Source of the DNA: an uncultured Alphaproteobacteria bacterium
GTDB taxonomy: Bacteria > Pseudomonadota > Alphaproteobacteria > Rickettsiales > JALZUV01
Length of the DNA: 64,000 nt
Assembly (NCBI GenBank): GCA_963837025.1
Contig: CAWILT010000002.1
Coordinates: 124,737 to 188,736 of the forward strand
Reading direction: 5' to 3'
The notes under the pieces were generated by a model. The model had not been told where the DNA came from. It saw only the letters and a program-made list of their open reading frames with translations, and did not search any database. The position numbers were made by a program, and so were the translations under genes. This document shows positions 54,666-64,000 of the stretch, piece after piece (within the stretch, counting starts at the first letter, position 1; every line of letters starts with the position of its first letter).

Positions 54666-55495
54666 TGAAGCATATGCATATTCATTTAGTGTCCGATTCC
54701 ACTGCAGGTACGGTGAGTGCGATAGCGCGCGCTGTAGTTTCTGAGTTTGAAAATATTGCCGCTCAGGAACATATATGGGCATTAATTCGTAGTGCAAAGC
54801 AATTAGAGAAGCTTGAAATCGCCTTACAAAATGCTCCGGGGCCTGTGTTTTTTACCATGGTAGATTCTGATTTGAGTGAACAATTAGAACGCATCTGTGC
54901 GCGATTAGATCTGCCTTGTATCAACCCATTAGAAAGAGCCTCGAATAGTTTAGCGGGATATTTACAACAAGAAGCAACACCTAAAGCAGGCAGCCGCCAT
55001 CAAATGAACGAAAATTATTTTTCGCGGATTGAGGCGATTGATTATACGCTATCGCATGATGACGGCAAACGTCACTGGGAGCTAGCATCTGCCGATATTG
55101 TGTTGGTAGGCCCTTCGCGCACAAGTAAATCACCCACATGCGTTTATCTGGCCTATGGGGGGTTATGTGCGGCAAATGTGCCTTATGTATTTGGCGTTGA
55201 TTTACCCAGTGAATTATTTGAGGTGAAAAAGCCGCTTATCGTTGGGCTAATCATTCATCCTAATCGGTTGATTGAAATTCGGCGTACTCGCTTACAATCG
55301 CTCGGCCATGAAAGCTTAGAAAACTATGCTGATGATGATAAAGTGAATGAAGAGATTAAAGCCGCTCGCCAAATTTATCGCGCTAATGGGTGGCCTGTCA
55401 TAGATGTATCGCAACGCTCAGTAGAAGAAACAGCAGCAGCAATTTTAAATATTTACCATCGACGGATCGAGCAAGAAGCGAAAGGTATTAGCTAA
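54665..55495 (+). CDS. Kinase/pyrophosphorylase (PPDK/PEP synthase regulatory protein, DUF299)
   Basis: HLVSDST, YFSRIEAIDY...HDDG, GPSRTSKSPT and IDVSQRSVEETA motifs. Confidence 0.93.
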   Translation: MKHMHIHLVSDSTAGTVSAIARAVVSEFENIAAQEHIWALIRSAKQLEKLEIALQNAPGPVFFTMVDSDLSEQLERICARLDLPCINPLERASNSLAGYLQQEATPKAGSRHQMNENYFSRIEAIDYTLSHDDGKRHWELASADIVLVGPSRTSKSPTCVYLAYGGLCAANVPYVFGVDLPSELFEVKKPLIVGLIIHPNRLIEIRRTRLQSLGHESLENYADDDKVNEEIKAARQIYRANGWPVIDVSQRSVEETAAAILNIYHRRIEQEAKGIS

Positions 55496-56316
55496 TGCTA
55501 AAAGCTGCGGTTTTAGGTGATCCCATCTCACACTCCTTATCGCCTGAATTGCATCGCTTTTGGCTTGAACAAATGCAGATTAATGGTTCGTATGATGCGA
55601 TTGAATGCAAGCGTGACGATTTGCGCGAAACATTAATGCGCCTAGAAGCGCAAGGTTATCAAGGAGTAAATCTAACCGTTCCGCTTAAAGAGGCGGTGCT
55701 ACCTCATTTAGAGGAAATTTCGCCAGCTGCACGCCAGATTGGGGCGGTTAATGTGGTGATATTTGAAAATGGAAAATGGTTAGGCGATAATACCGATAAG
55801 CGAGGGTTTAGCGATAATTTACATCACTTCGCGCCGGATTATAAACAATATTTACAGCATGTGGTTATTATCGGTGCAGGCGGTGCAGCCCGTGCAGTAG
55901 TTGCGGCACTATTAGAAGATGGTGCAGCACATATTTCCATCACCAACCGAACCGCTGAAAAAGCCAGCGCATTGGCTGACACGCACCGCCAAATTGAGTG
56001 GGTGGATTGGCAAAAGCGGCATAGCCTAATCTCTTCCGCAACATTATTGGTAAATACCACTTCGCTGGGGATGCAAAACCAGCCAGCGTTAGATTTGAAG
56101 CTGACCGCTTTACCGCCTAAAACGTTAGTGACAGATATTGTCTATAACCCGCTTCGAACCGATTTATTAAAAAGAGCTGCAAATCAGGATAATACCGTTA
56201 TTTTAGGTTTAGGTATGCTGATTTATCAAGCTATTCCATCTTTTGCTGCTTTTTACGGGCAAACTCCGGTTTGGAATGAAGCATTCTATCAAACGCTTAG
56301 TAAAAGATTTTTATGA
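55495..56316 (+). CDS. aroE: Shikimate dehydrogenase
   Basis: GDPISHSLSP, NLTVPLK, GAVN, NTD, GAGGAAR and DIVYNP motifs. Confidence 0.96.
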   Translation: MLKAAVLGDPISHSLSPELHRFWLEQMQINGSYDAIECKRDDLRETLMRLEAQGYQGVNLTVPLKEAVLPHLEEISPAARQIGAVNVVIFENGKWLGDNTDKRGFSDNLHHFAPDYKQYLQHVVIIGAGGAARAVVAALLEDGAAHISITNRTAEKASALADTHRQIEWVDWQKRHSLISSATLLVNTTSLGMQNQPALDLKLTALPPKTLVTDIVYNPLRTDLLKRAANQDNTVILGLGMLIYQAIPSFAAFYGQTPVWNEAFYQTLSKRFL

Positions 56317-56921
56317 CGCTGGTTCTAGGATTAACCGGATCAATCGCTATGGGCAAATCTACCATCACGCAGCAGTTTAAAGCGTGTGGCGCAAAGGTAA
56401 GCGACGCTGATGCGATTGTACATCATCTGTATGTATATGATGAGGCATTTATCCGGTTTATCGCAACTGAATTTCCGCAAGCAATGAAAGACCAAAAGGT
56501 TGATCGTCGCGCATTAGGCCAAATGGTGTTTCAAAACTCAACAGCGTTGAAAAAGCTGGAAGATCAATTACACCCAAAAGTTCGCCAAGCGCACCTAAAC
56601 TTTATCGCAGCTGCCAAACGCCAAAACGACCCTTTAGTCGTTTTAGATATTCCCTTGCTTTACGAAACCGGCGCTGAAATATTATGCGATAAAGTGGTCG
56701 TCGTATCCACCACCGCTGACATTCAAAAAAACCGTGTGCTGAGCCGCCCATCAATGACCGCCGAAAAACTTGAAGCGATTTTAGCCAAACAAATGCCCGA
56801 TGCACAAAAGCGCGAACGCGCTGATTTTATCATTGATACATCTTTTGGCTTAGAGAATAGCCTTCAACAGGTTAAGAATGTAATGACTGCTTTAAACATC
56901 AATTTACCTGTAAATAGATAA
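56313..56921 (+). CDS. coaE: Dephospho-CoA kinase
   Basis: GLTGSIAMGKST, DAD, HPKV, DIPLLYE and QMPD motifs. Confidence 0.96.
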   Translation: MTLVLGLTGSIAMGKSTITQQFKACGAKVSDADAIVHHLYVYDEAFIRFIATEFPQAMKDQKVDRRALGQMVFQNSTALKKLEDQLHPKVRQAHLNFIAAAKRQNDPLVVLDIPLLYETGAEILCDKVVVVSTTADIQKNRVLSRPSMTAEKLEAILAKQMPDAQKRERADFIIDTSFGLENSLQQVKNVMTALNINLPVNR

Positions 56922-56958
56922 AAAGCTTAATTTGAAGATAGACTATAGGAAAACATCC

Positions 56959-57633
56959 ATGCGCGAAATTGCACTTGATACCGAAACGACAGGCTTTACC
57001 CCCGATACCGGCCATCGCATGGTTGAAATTGGCTGCGTGGAAATGCACAGCCGCATTCGCACGGGCAATGTGTTTCACCTTTACCTTAATCCGCAGCGCG
57101 ACATGCCCGCTGAAGCGCAAAAGGTACATGGGCTAAGTGCAGAATTTTTAGCCGATAAGCCTTTATTTGCTGATAGCGCCCAATCTTTTTTAGATTTTAT
57201 TGGCGATAGTCCCCTTATTATTCACAATGCAGCATTCGATATGGGGTTTTTGAATTATGAACTGCAACTAGCAGGCCATCAAGCGCTGGAAATGGATCGT
57301 GCGATTGATACGGTTAAAATGGCGCGCGATTTATTTCCTGGATCGCCCGCAAATCTGGATGCTTTGTGCCGCCGCTTTGAAATTGATTTAAGCGAGCGCA
57401 GCTTGCATGGTGCATTATTAGATGCTGAACTACTGGCAGAGGTTTACCTTGAAATGATGGGCGGCCGCCAGAGTGCTTTAACCTTAGAGGCGAAGCCAAC
57501 CCATCAACCGCACCAGAGCGATAAAATAATGTTCCCTAGCCGCAGCTTTCCGGCATCAAAAGCCGAGTTAGCCCGGCATCAGGCATTTATCTCTGAATTA
57601 AAAAACCCATTATGGTTAGAAACGAGCCACTAA
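56959..57633 (+). CDS. dnaQ: DNA polymerase III epsilon subunit
   Basis: MREIALDTETTG, HNAAFD and HGALLDAELLAEVY motifs. Confidence 0.97.
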   Translation: MREIALDTETTGFTPDTGHRMVEIGCVEMHSRIRTGNVFHLYLNPQRDMPAEAQKVHGLSAEFLADKPLFADSAQSFLDFIGDSPLIIHNAAFDMGFLNYELQLAGHQALEMDRAIDTVKMARDLFPGSPANLDALCRRFEIDLSERSLHGALLDAELLAEVYLEMMGGRQSALTLEAKPTHQPHQSDKIMFPSRSFPASKAELARHQAFISELKNPLWLETSH

Positions 57634-57634
57634 T

Positions 57635-58087
57635 TTAGCTAGCTGCTTGCTCCTGTTGCGCTTTAACGCGCTTAACAAAAAGCGATTGAAAATCAATTGG
57701 TTCTAACATTAATGGCGGGAAACCACCATCGCGCGTAACATCGGCTAACACCCGACGCGCAAATGGAAAGATGATAAAAGCACAATCAATAAACAACATT
57801 TGCTGTACATTTTCCTCAGCAATATTGGCCATCTGAAAAATGCCACCATAAGCAAGTTCGGTTACAAATAATGTCTCATCGTTACCTAAGGCATTAACCG
57901 ATATTTTGAGCGTTAGCTCATAAATAGATTCACCCACCTTTTTGCCTTCTAAATCCACATTCACATCCATTTTTGGGCCTTCTTTAAGCTCATTTAAACT
58001 AAAAGGGCCTTTTGGCGCTTCGAATGAGAGGTCTTTAATATATTGGCCGCGGATGGTTAGTTGTGGAGATGGGGTTGAATCAGTCAT
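57635..58087 (-). CDS. secB: Protein-export chaperone SecB
   Basis: QYIKDLSFEAP, YGGIF and FPFAR..GGFPPLMLEPIDF motifs. Confidence 0.97.
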   Translation of the reverse strand: MTDSTPSPQLTIRGQYIKDLSFEAPKGPFSLNELKEGPKMDVNVDLEGKKVGESIYELTLKISVNALGNDETLFVTELAYGGIFQMANIAEENVQQMLFIDCAFIIFPFARRVLADVTRDGGFPPLMLEPIDFQSLFVKRVKAQQEQAAS

Positions 58088-58193
58088 AAAATTTCCTATG
58101 TTAATGCTATTAATTTAAACCAAGCTAGTGCTGATAACCTCACCTTTCAAGGTTTCGTTTCACACATGCCCCAAGATAAGGTACATTAACCGC

Positions 58194-58877
58194 ATGGAAT
58201 CGTTTCAATTTGCAGATATTATTATCTTAGCACTTATTGCAGGGTTTATTGCGCTGCGTTTGCGTAACACGCTAGGTAAAGATGTGGGCCACCGCCCTGA
58301 AAACCCTAGTAATGCGCGCCCCACTTCGCATGATGTGGATGACCGCGTGGTGAGTATTAATGATGCGATACGTGGCAATGATACACCAATTAAGCCCATT
58401 TTGACCAAAGATGCTCAATTTGAAAAGTTGCAAGAACCGATCAAATCGAAAATATCAGATATTAAATCCATCGATAGCAGCTTTAGTGTGGATGAGTTTT
58501 TAAAAGGTGCCAAAGGTGCTTTTGAATGGGTTACTAAAGCCTTTAATGATGGCGATAAACCTACGCTAAAACAGTTGATGAGCGCTGAAATTTATAAAGA
58601 GTTTGAACAAGTTATTGCTGAACGGGCTAAAGATAATACCTATCCTGAAACAACCTTAGTTTCTATCGATTCGGTTGAAATTACGGAAGTTGAAACGACA
58701 AAAACGCATCATCACATCACGGTTAACTTTTCTACCTCGCAAGTGCATATCGTTAAAAACGAACAGGGCGAAGTGATTGCAGGCAATGTTTCGCACACTA
58801 CACATGTCGAAGATGAATGGGTGTTTGAGCGCAGTGTAAAATCTCGCGATCCGAATTGGACGATTATCGATACTTAA
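58194..58877 (+). CDS. Tim44/TimA-family adaptor protein
   Basis: LRLRNTLG, F..GAKGAFE and W.FERSVKSRDPNW motifs; divergent from secB. Confidence 0.9.
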   Translation: MESFQFADIIILALIAGFIALRLRNTLGKDVGHRPENPSNARPTSHDVDDRVVSINDAIRGNDTPIKPILTKDAQFEKLQEPIKSKISDIKSIDSSFSVDEFLKGAKGAFEWVTKAFNDGDKPTLKQLMSAEIYKEFEQVIAERAKDNTYPETTLVSIDSVEITEVETTKTHHHITVNFSTSQVHIVKNEQGEVIAGNVSHTTHVEDEWVFERSVKSRDPNWTIIDT

Positions 58878-58891
58878 TCTATAGTAGCCAT

Positions 58892-59866
58892 ATGCTACGA
58901 TTTATTTGTTTTACCCTATGCGGATTTTGGTTGATGGCTTTTAAGCCCGATGCCCTTTGGAACACGCTTGATGCTGAGCCAGCATATCGTGCATATCAAA
59001 CAGCGTGCGCCAGTGGAAAAGCTAAAGATACAGCTGATTTATGCAGCCAGCTTAAATCATCTCCAAACCCCACACCTTCGGATATGCGCGCCTTTTTTAA
59101 GCAAAATTTTGAGATTACTAAACTCACAGATGAGGGATTACTAACTGCGTATTATCTGCCGCTTTTATCGGGCTCATACCAACAAACGACAGAATATAAT
59201 ATACCGGTTTGGGGGGTTCCAAAAGATTTCAAGCAACCTTACCTAACCCGCAGACAAATTGATCAAGGCGCGTTAGATTCAGCTGAAAAACCATTATTAT
59301 GGACGAATAATAAAGCGGACTTATTCTTTTTGCATGTTCAAGGGTCGGGCATTGTTCACATGCGCGATGGTTCTAAAATTGGCTTAGGCTTTGCAGCAAA
59401 AAACGGCCAACCTTATGAATCTATTGGTAAATTAATGGTCGCAGAAGGGCTTATTGACTTAGAAACTGCCTCAATGCAAACGATTAAGGCGTGGCTTAAT
59501 GCTAACCCTTCAGAAGTAAATCGCATTTTATGGCATAATAATTCCTACGTTTTTTTTCGTAAACAACCTGCTAAAGCGGCAATTGGTGCTCAAAATATTC
59601 AGCTTACTGCTTATGGATCGGCTGCGGTTGATCCAAATCACATCGCCTATGGTACGCCTGTTTTGATGAAAACGGTTTTGCCTAATGCCACGCAGCCTAG
59701 CCTACATTTAGCGATAGCCCAAGATACGGGCAGTGCTATCAAAAGCGAAAAGCGCGTGGATTGGTTTTTGGGCTATGGGCACAGAGCTGAAAACTTAGCC
59801 GGTAACATGAAGCAACCAGCGAGCTTTTATCAACTAACACCCAAAAATAGGGTAAATATAAAATGA
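58892..59866 (+). CDS. mltA: MltA-family lytic murein transglycosylase
   Basis: TAYY.P, FFLHVQGSG, NNSYVFF, AVDP and AQDTGSAIK...VDWF.G motifs. Confidence 0.9.
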   Translation: MLRFICFTLCGFWLMAFKPDALWNTLDAEPAYRAYQTACASGKAKDTADLCSQLKSSPNPTPSDMRAFFKQNFEITKLTDEGLLTAYYLPLLSGSYQQTTEYNIPVWGVPKDFKQPYLTRRQIDQGALDSAEKPLLWTNNKADLFFLHVQGSGIVHMRDGSKIGLGFAAKNGQPYESIGKLMVAEGLIDLETASMQTIKAWLNANPSEVNRILWHNNSYVFFRKQPAKAAIGAQNIQLTAYGSAAVDPNHIAYGTPVLMKTVLPNATQPSLHLAIAQDTGSAIKSEKRVDWFLGYGHRAENLAGNMKQPASFYQLTPKNRVNIK

Positions 59867-60423
59867 TGCCACGTGAGCTTGATGATGATGAAAAGCGCAT
59901 TTGGCATTGCCTAACGCGCCATATCGTGAAGCCTAATCACCGTATCAAATCGACTGCTCAGCAGCTCGAAGCAACGATAAAGCACTTCCCTTCCTCTACG
60001 TTTCCTCCACAATCTGCTTCAATTCCTTTAGCGAATGTAAATGTGAAGCGTACTTCCGAACCTATTGATTTGCTCGCTAATGATATGCATCACCTCAGCC
60101 GCGCAACAGCCAAACAAGTGGTTCGCGGTAAACGCAAAGTGGATGCTACACTTGATTTACATGGTTTTGGACATGACCAAGCGATGCACCAGTTTCAACA
60201 GTTTCTACACGACCATTCAAAAGCAGGAAATAGGCTGCTGCGCGTGATAACAGGCTATGGAAAAATGACAGGCGGCAACGGAGTTTTACGAAATGCTCTG
60301 CCGCGCTGGATTAATTTTGCAGAGAATCGCCGTTTAATTCTAAGTTTTCATCAGGCAAAGCCGCAAGATGGTGGCGCAGGCGCGTGGCTAATTTTGTTGA
60401 AAAGAATGGATAAAATTAAATGA
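59863..60423 (+). CDS. Smr/MutS2-domain protein
   Basis: LDLHG, VITGYG, GVLR..PRW and GGAGA motifs. Confidence 0.92.
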   Translation: MMPRELDDDEKRIWHCLTRHIVKPNHRIKSTAQQLEATIKHFPSSTFPPQSASIPLANVNVKRTSEPIDLLANDMHHLSRATAKQVVRGKRKVDATLDLHGFGHDQAMHQFQQFLHDHSKAGNRLLRVITGYGKMTGGNGVLRNALPRWINFAENRRLILSFHQAKPQDGGAGAWLILLKRMDKIK

Positions 60424-61106
60424 CTGCAACACAAGCACATATTTTAGTGGTGGATGACGATGATCGACTGCGTAGCTTGTTGAAGCGATATCTTAGCGAG
60501 CAAGGTTATGCGGTAAGCGTGGCTGAGAATACAACTAAAGCAAAGGAAATTTTATCCCTCCTTACACCCGATTTAATGGTGTTGGACGGTATGATGCCGG
60601 GCCAAACCGGACTCGAGTTTGCCCATGAGTTAGGCGCTGACAGATTAACTCCCATACTTATGCTCACGGCATTAGATCGCGCAAGCGATCGCGTTGCGGG
60701 CTTGGAATCGGGCGTGGATGATTATTTGACTAAACCATTTGAACCGCGTGAGCTGGTTATTCGTATTTCAAATATTCTTAAACGAAAAACTGTGACACCT
60801 GAGAAGCAAGCACTTCTTTATTTTGCAGATTTCAGCTTTAACCCGCAAATGCAACAGCTTAGCCGCATATCCACGCAAGAAATCATAGCATTGACGACTG
60901 CTGAACGCGAAACGCTATCACTTTTATGTCATAGCCCTAATCAGCCGCTAACGCGTGAGTATTTAGCGCGCGCGCTTGAAGGCAACGATACATTGCGTCA
61001 TGTTGATGTACAAGTAGGGCGGTTACGCAAAAAGCTGGATGATGGATCAGCTATTCAAACCGTGCGCGGCAAGGGCTATAAATTAGTAGTAAGCCGTATT
61101 ACATGA
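60420..61106 (+). CDS. OmpR-family response regulator
   Basis: VVDDD, LDGMMPG, DDYLTKPF; winged-helix VDVQVGRLRKK..TVRGKGY. Confidence 0.95.
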   Translation: MTATQAHILVVDDDDRLRSLLKRYLSEQGYAVSVAENTTKAKEILSLLTPDLMVLDGMMPGQTGLEFAHELGADRLTPILMLTALDRASDRVAGLESGVDDYLTKPFEPRELVIRISNILKRKTVTPEKQALLYFADFSFNPQMQQLSRISTQEIIALTTAERETLSLLCHSPNQPLTREYLARALEGNDTLRHVDVQVGRLRKKLDDGSAIQTVRGKGYKLVVSRIT

Positions 61107-62431
61107 GCCCGCTAAGTAAGATTTCACGCAGTATGACCCCTAAAACTCTGTTTGTTCGGGCGTTATTAATATTAGTATTGCCCGTTATTTTAATTCAATT
61201 TGTGGCGATGTATATATTCTATGATCGGCACTGGGCGAGTGTTGAACGTCAATTATCAGGGTCGCTAACGGGTGAAGTGGGCTGGTTAATTGAACGCTGG
61301 GAGGACGAGCCAGATGCGCAGGCGCGCCAATTATTAGCAGACCAAGCCAGTTACAATTATGGTTTACAGATTACTGATTTACCAGAAAAGATAGAGCCTC
61401 CTACTTTAGAAGAGTCACAAGAACTGGAATTTCCACTTTTTGAAAAAGGACTGCGATCAAGAGCCAAGCGTAGATTTTGGCTTCAAAATAGTGCTGATGA
61501 GAGTAAATTTCATATTATGGTACCCTCATCGCAAGGCACTATCCAAATTACATCGCCAAGAAAGCGGCTTGCAACCTCTACCACGTTTATTTTCACCGCG
61601 TGGATGATGGGTTCGGCATTAGTGCTTATCTGGGTGGCCATATTGTTTTTGCGTAATCAAATTCGTCCAATCATTCAGCTCTCTAGCGCGGCAGAGAAAT
61701 TTGGGCGGGGTCAAGAGGTTGAGAATTTTAAACCTTCAGGTGCCAGTGAAGTGCGCCAAGCCGCGCGTGCATTTATTGATATGCGTGGCCGTATTCGGCG
61801 ACAGGTAGAAAGCCGAACCGCGATGCTAGCAGGCATTAGCCACGATTTGCGCACGCCATTAACGCGTATGCGACTAGAACTTGAAATGTTGCCGCAAACC
61901 ATTGGTCTTGCCGATTTACGCCAAGATATGGATGATATGGAGCGTATGGTAAACTCTTATCTTAATTTTGCGAGTGGCGAAGGCAGCGAGGCGGCATTAA
62001 CAATGCCTATATCGGAGCTAATTGAACAAGCGGTTGAGCCTTATTTAAGAAAAAATGGCGCTCAACTTCACGTTGGCGAAATGCCCAACCAAGCAATCAT
62101 GGTAAAGCCACATGCAATGGTGCGCGTGTTGCGTAATTTAATCGATAATGCCTTGCGCTATGGCGATTACTGCTGGATTAACGTAAAACTAAATCGAAAA
62201 AACTGTAAAATTATGATTGATGACAATGGCATTGGTATTGATGCAGCAGACCGGGAAGAGGTATTTGGCGCATTCAAACGCCTTGAAGAGTCGCGTAATT
62301 TAGAGACAGGTGGCGCAGGCTTGGGTTTAACTATTGTTCGCGACATTGTGCAATCGCATGGGGGTGTTGTGGAGCTTGAACATTCACCATATGAAACAGG
62401 TTTGCGCGTAGTTATAAGTTTGCCTTTATAA
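61103..62431 (+). CDS. EnvZ-like sensor histidine kinase
   Basis: Two TM helices, HAMP, ISHDLRTPLTR, NLIDNA, DNGIG and GAGLGL motifs. Confidence 0.95.
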   Translation: MSPLSKISRSMTPKTLFVRALLILVLPVILIQFVAMYIFYDRHWASVERQLSGSLTGEVGWLIERWEDEPDAQARQLLADQASYNYGLQITDLPEKIEPPTLEESQELEFPLFEKGLRSRAKRRFWLQNSADESKFHIMVPSSQGTIQITSPRKRLATSTTFIFTAWMMGSALVLIWVAILFLRNQIRPIIQLSSAAEKFGRGQEVENFKPSGASEVRQAARAFIDMRGRIRRQVESRTAMLAGISHDLRTPLTRMRLELEMLPQTIGLADLRQDMDDMERMVNSYLNFASGEGSEAALTMPISELIEQAVEPYLRKNGAQLHVGEMPNQAIMVKPHAMVRVLRNLIDNALRYGDYCWINVKLNRKNCKIMIDDNGIGIDAADREEVFGAFKRLEESRNLETGGAGLGLTIVRDIVQSHGGVVELEHSPYETGLRVVISLPL

Positions 62432-62463
62432 AAAAAGGGCGCATCATGATGAGCGCCCCTTTT
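62430..62463. terminator. Bidirectional terminator (kinase/phasin)
   Basis: A-run + GGGCGC..GCGCCC + T-run between convergent genes. Confidence 0.8.
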
Positions 62464-62484
62464 CATTTAATTTAATAAAGGTAA

Positions 62485-62889
62485 CTAAGCGGCTTTTTTA
62501 GCCATTTTCTTCACTTCTTCAGCAGTGCTATCAATATGTTTGTTGATTTTTTCTAACGTTTTGAAATGTGTTTGCGTTGAAAGCTCGGTTAATTCACGTG
62601 CTTGCTTGGTGTAATTAGCAGTCGATTTTTTAACGAAATCAGTTTGTTTAGCAGTGTTTTGTTCAGGCGTTGATGTTGAAAATACTTCACGCGTTGCTTC
62701 TAGAGCATCTTCAAAATTCTTTTGCGCATATTCACCTGATTTGCGAGCAATCTCTTGCATAGAATCGCTGTAGCTTTGGATATTGGCGGTGAAAAGCTCA
62801 ATATTTCTTTTTTGTAGCTCACTAAATTTTGTATTATCGAATTCAGGTAATTTATAAGACTGAAATAATTTGTTAAATGATTCAAACAT
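62485..62889 (-). CDS. phaP: Phasin (PHA granule-associated protein)
   Basis: AGGAGAA RBS before ATG 62889; LQKRNIELF.AN...QEIARK and TPE..TAKQ amphipathic pattern of the phasin family. Confidence 0.8.
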   Translation of the reverse strand: MFESFNKLFQSYKLPEFDNTKFSELQKRNIELFTANIQSYSDSMQEIARKSGEYAQKNFEDALEATREVFSTSTPEQNTAKQTDFVKKSTANYTKQARELTELSTQTHFKTLEKINKHIDSTAEEVKKMAKKAA

Positions 62890-62924
62890 GGGGTTCTCCT
62901 TAGGCTTTATAAAATAGCTATAGC

Positions 62925-62969
62925 ATGGTGCAGTGCACAATGAAAGCGGTTTTTTGTGCGCTGCACCAT
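62925..62969. promoter_or_regulatory. PhaR-like operator (TGC-rich inverted repeat)
   Basis: ATGGTGCAGTGCACAA-N13-TTGTGCGCTGCACCAT, 15/16 symmetric, directly upstream of the phasin. Confidence 0.7.
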
Positions 62970-63012
62970 AATTAGACGTTGCGAGCCGAGGTAAAAACGA
63001 TAAAACGCTATC

Positions 63013-63855
63013 ATGCAATTAGAAGAAAAAAAGCAGTTAGCAACGGCATGGTTTCGTGAGTTACGCGATAGAATATGCAGCAAATTTGAGCACATTGAAC
63101 ATAATAATGGCCATAAAAGCAGTTTTAATCGTGAATCTTGGTTAAAAGAAGCGCACGAAATGACACAAGGCGGTGGTGAAATAGCGCTGATGCAAGGCAG
63201 CATATTTGAAAAAGTGGGTGTAAATATTTCGGTGGTGCATGGCACATTTACGGAGAAGTTTCAAAAAGAAATGCCGCAAGCGCAAGATGATCCACGTTTT
63301 TGGGCCGCTGGTATTTCACTGGTTTCGCATATGCATTCGCCCCATGTGCCAACCGTTCATATGAACACACGCATGATTATTACCGGCGACGCTAATGTGT
63401 GGTTTGGCGGTGGCGCTGATTTAACGCCTTGCCTGCCAAATGCACATGATGAGGCATTCTTTCATCAGCAGCTTAAAATCTGCTGTGACCGACATGGCGC
63501 TGATTATTATGATAAATTTAAGCAATGGTGCGATGAATATTTCTATTTGCCTCACCGTAACGAAGCGCGCGGCATAGGTGGCATTTTTTATGATTATCTA
63601 AAGAATGATTGGCAAAAAGATTTTGCGTTTACGCAAGATGTAGGCGAGACTTTTCTCAATACTTACTGCCCGATTGTTGAGTCGAACCTCGCTAAGAAAT
63701 GGACACTTGAAGAAAAAGACACTCAACTTTATAAACGCGGTCGTTATGTGGAGTTTAATCTTTTACATGATCGCGGAACTCGTTTCGGGATTATGACCAA
63801 TGGCAATACGGATGCTATTTTAATGTCGATGCCACCACACGCCAAATGGAAATAG
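63013..63855 (+). CDS. hemF: Oxygen-dependent coproporphyrinogen III oxidase
   Basis: FEKVGVN, PTVHMN, WFGGGADLTP, RGIGGIFYD and RGRYVEFNL..DRGTRFG motifs. Confidence 0.97.
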   Translation: MQLEEKKQLATAWFRELRDRICSKFEHIEHNNGHKSSFNRESWLKEAHEMTQGGGEIALMQGSIFEKVGVNISVVHGTFTEKFQKEMPQAQDDPRFWAAGISLVSHMHSPHVPTVHMNTRMIITGDANVWFGGGADLTPCLPNAHDEAFFHQQLKICCDRHGADYYDKFKQWCDEYFYLPHRNEARGIGGIFYDYLKNDWQKDFAFTQDVGETFLNTYCPIVESNLAKKWTLEEKDTQLYKRGRYVEFNLLHDRGTRFGIMTNGNTDAILMSMPPHAKWK

Positions 63856-63950
63856 CCCAACCAGAGTAGTACCAATAAGAGTTATAATCGCTTAAAACAC
63901 ACTCACGATAAAGCTATAAGAGCCTTCAAATAGCTGTTCAACAGCTACCA

Positions 63951-64000
63951 TCAATGCTCACCTAGCAATTTGCGTTTTTCGCTACAGACTGTGCATTCGG
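63951..64000 (-). CDS. C-terminus of a gene cut by the window edge (possibly MoeB/ThiF-like)
   Basis: Manual translation ..ECTVCSEKRKLLGEH*; the terminal CxxC is the only clue. Confidence 0.25.
   Translation of the reverse strand, partial: ECTVCSEKRKLLGEH

Overview
This is core chromosome of a moderately AT-rich alphaproteobacterium, probably a basal or metabolically rich Rickettsiales-like lineage (inference). It spans the predicted replication origin (hemE / oriC / DUF299 kinase-pyrophosphorylase-aroE-coaE-dnaQ-secB-timA-mltA-smr). It is almost entirely housekeeping genes: ribH end, mipZ, pepA, metY, ilvB, mreB, argJ, lptE-holA, msbA, pmbA, pgi, ilvC, aspC, pgsA, leuS, miaA, hflKC-degP, hemJ-rho, large NAD-GDH, purH, ampG, hemEHF and a phasin. 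I saw no CRISPR array, rRNA, transposase, integrase or reverse transcriptase, and no large novel multi-gene system. Three small non-housekeeping signals stand out. (1) A 757-bp integrase-less cassette at the 3' end of a stand-alone tRNA-Ala(TGC), bounded by CCTCCACCAT direct repeats and carrying one HEPN-motif (RNxxxH) gene. (2) A variable locus between ilvC and aspC with two orphan membrane genes, a palindromic repeat and a displaced 52-bp synonymous allele from the aspC 3' region. (3) A candidate sRNA between exoD and mreB, with DnaA boxes and GANTC sites in its promoter. All calls come from reading motifs by eye; no searches were run.
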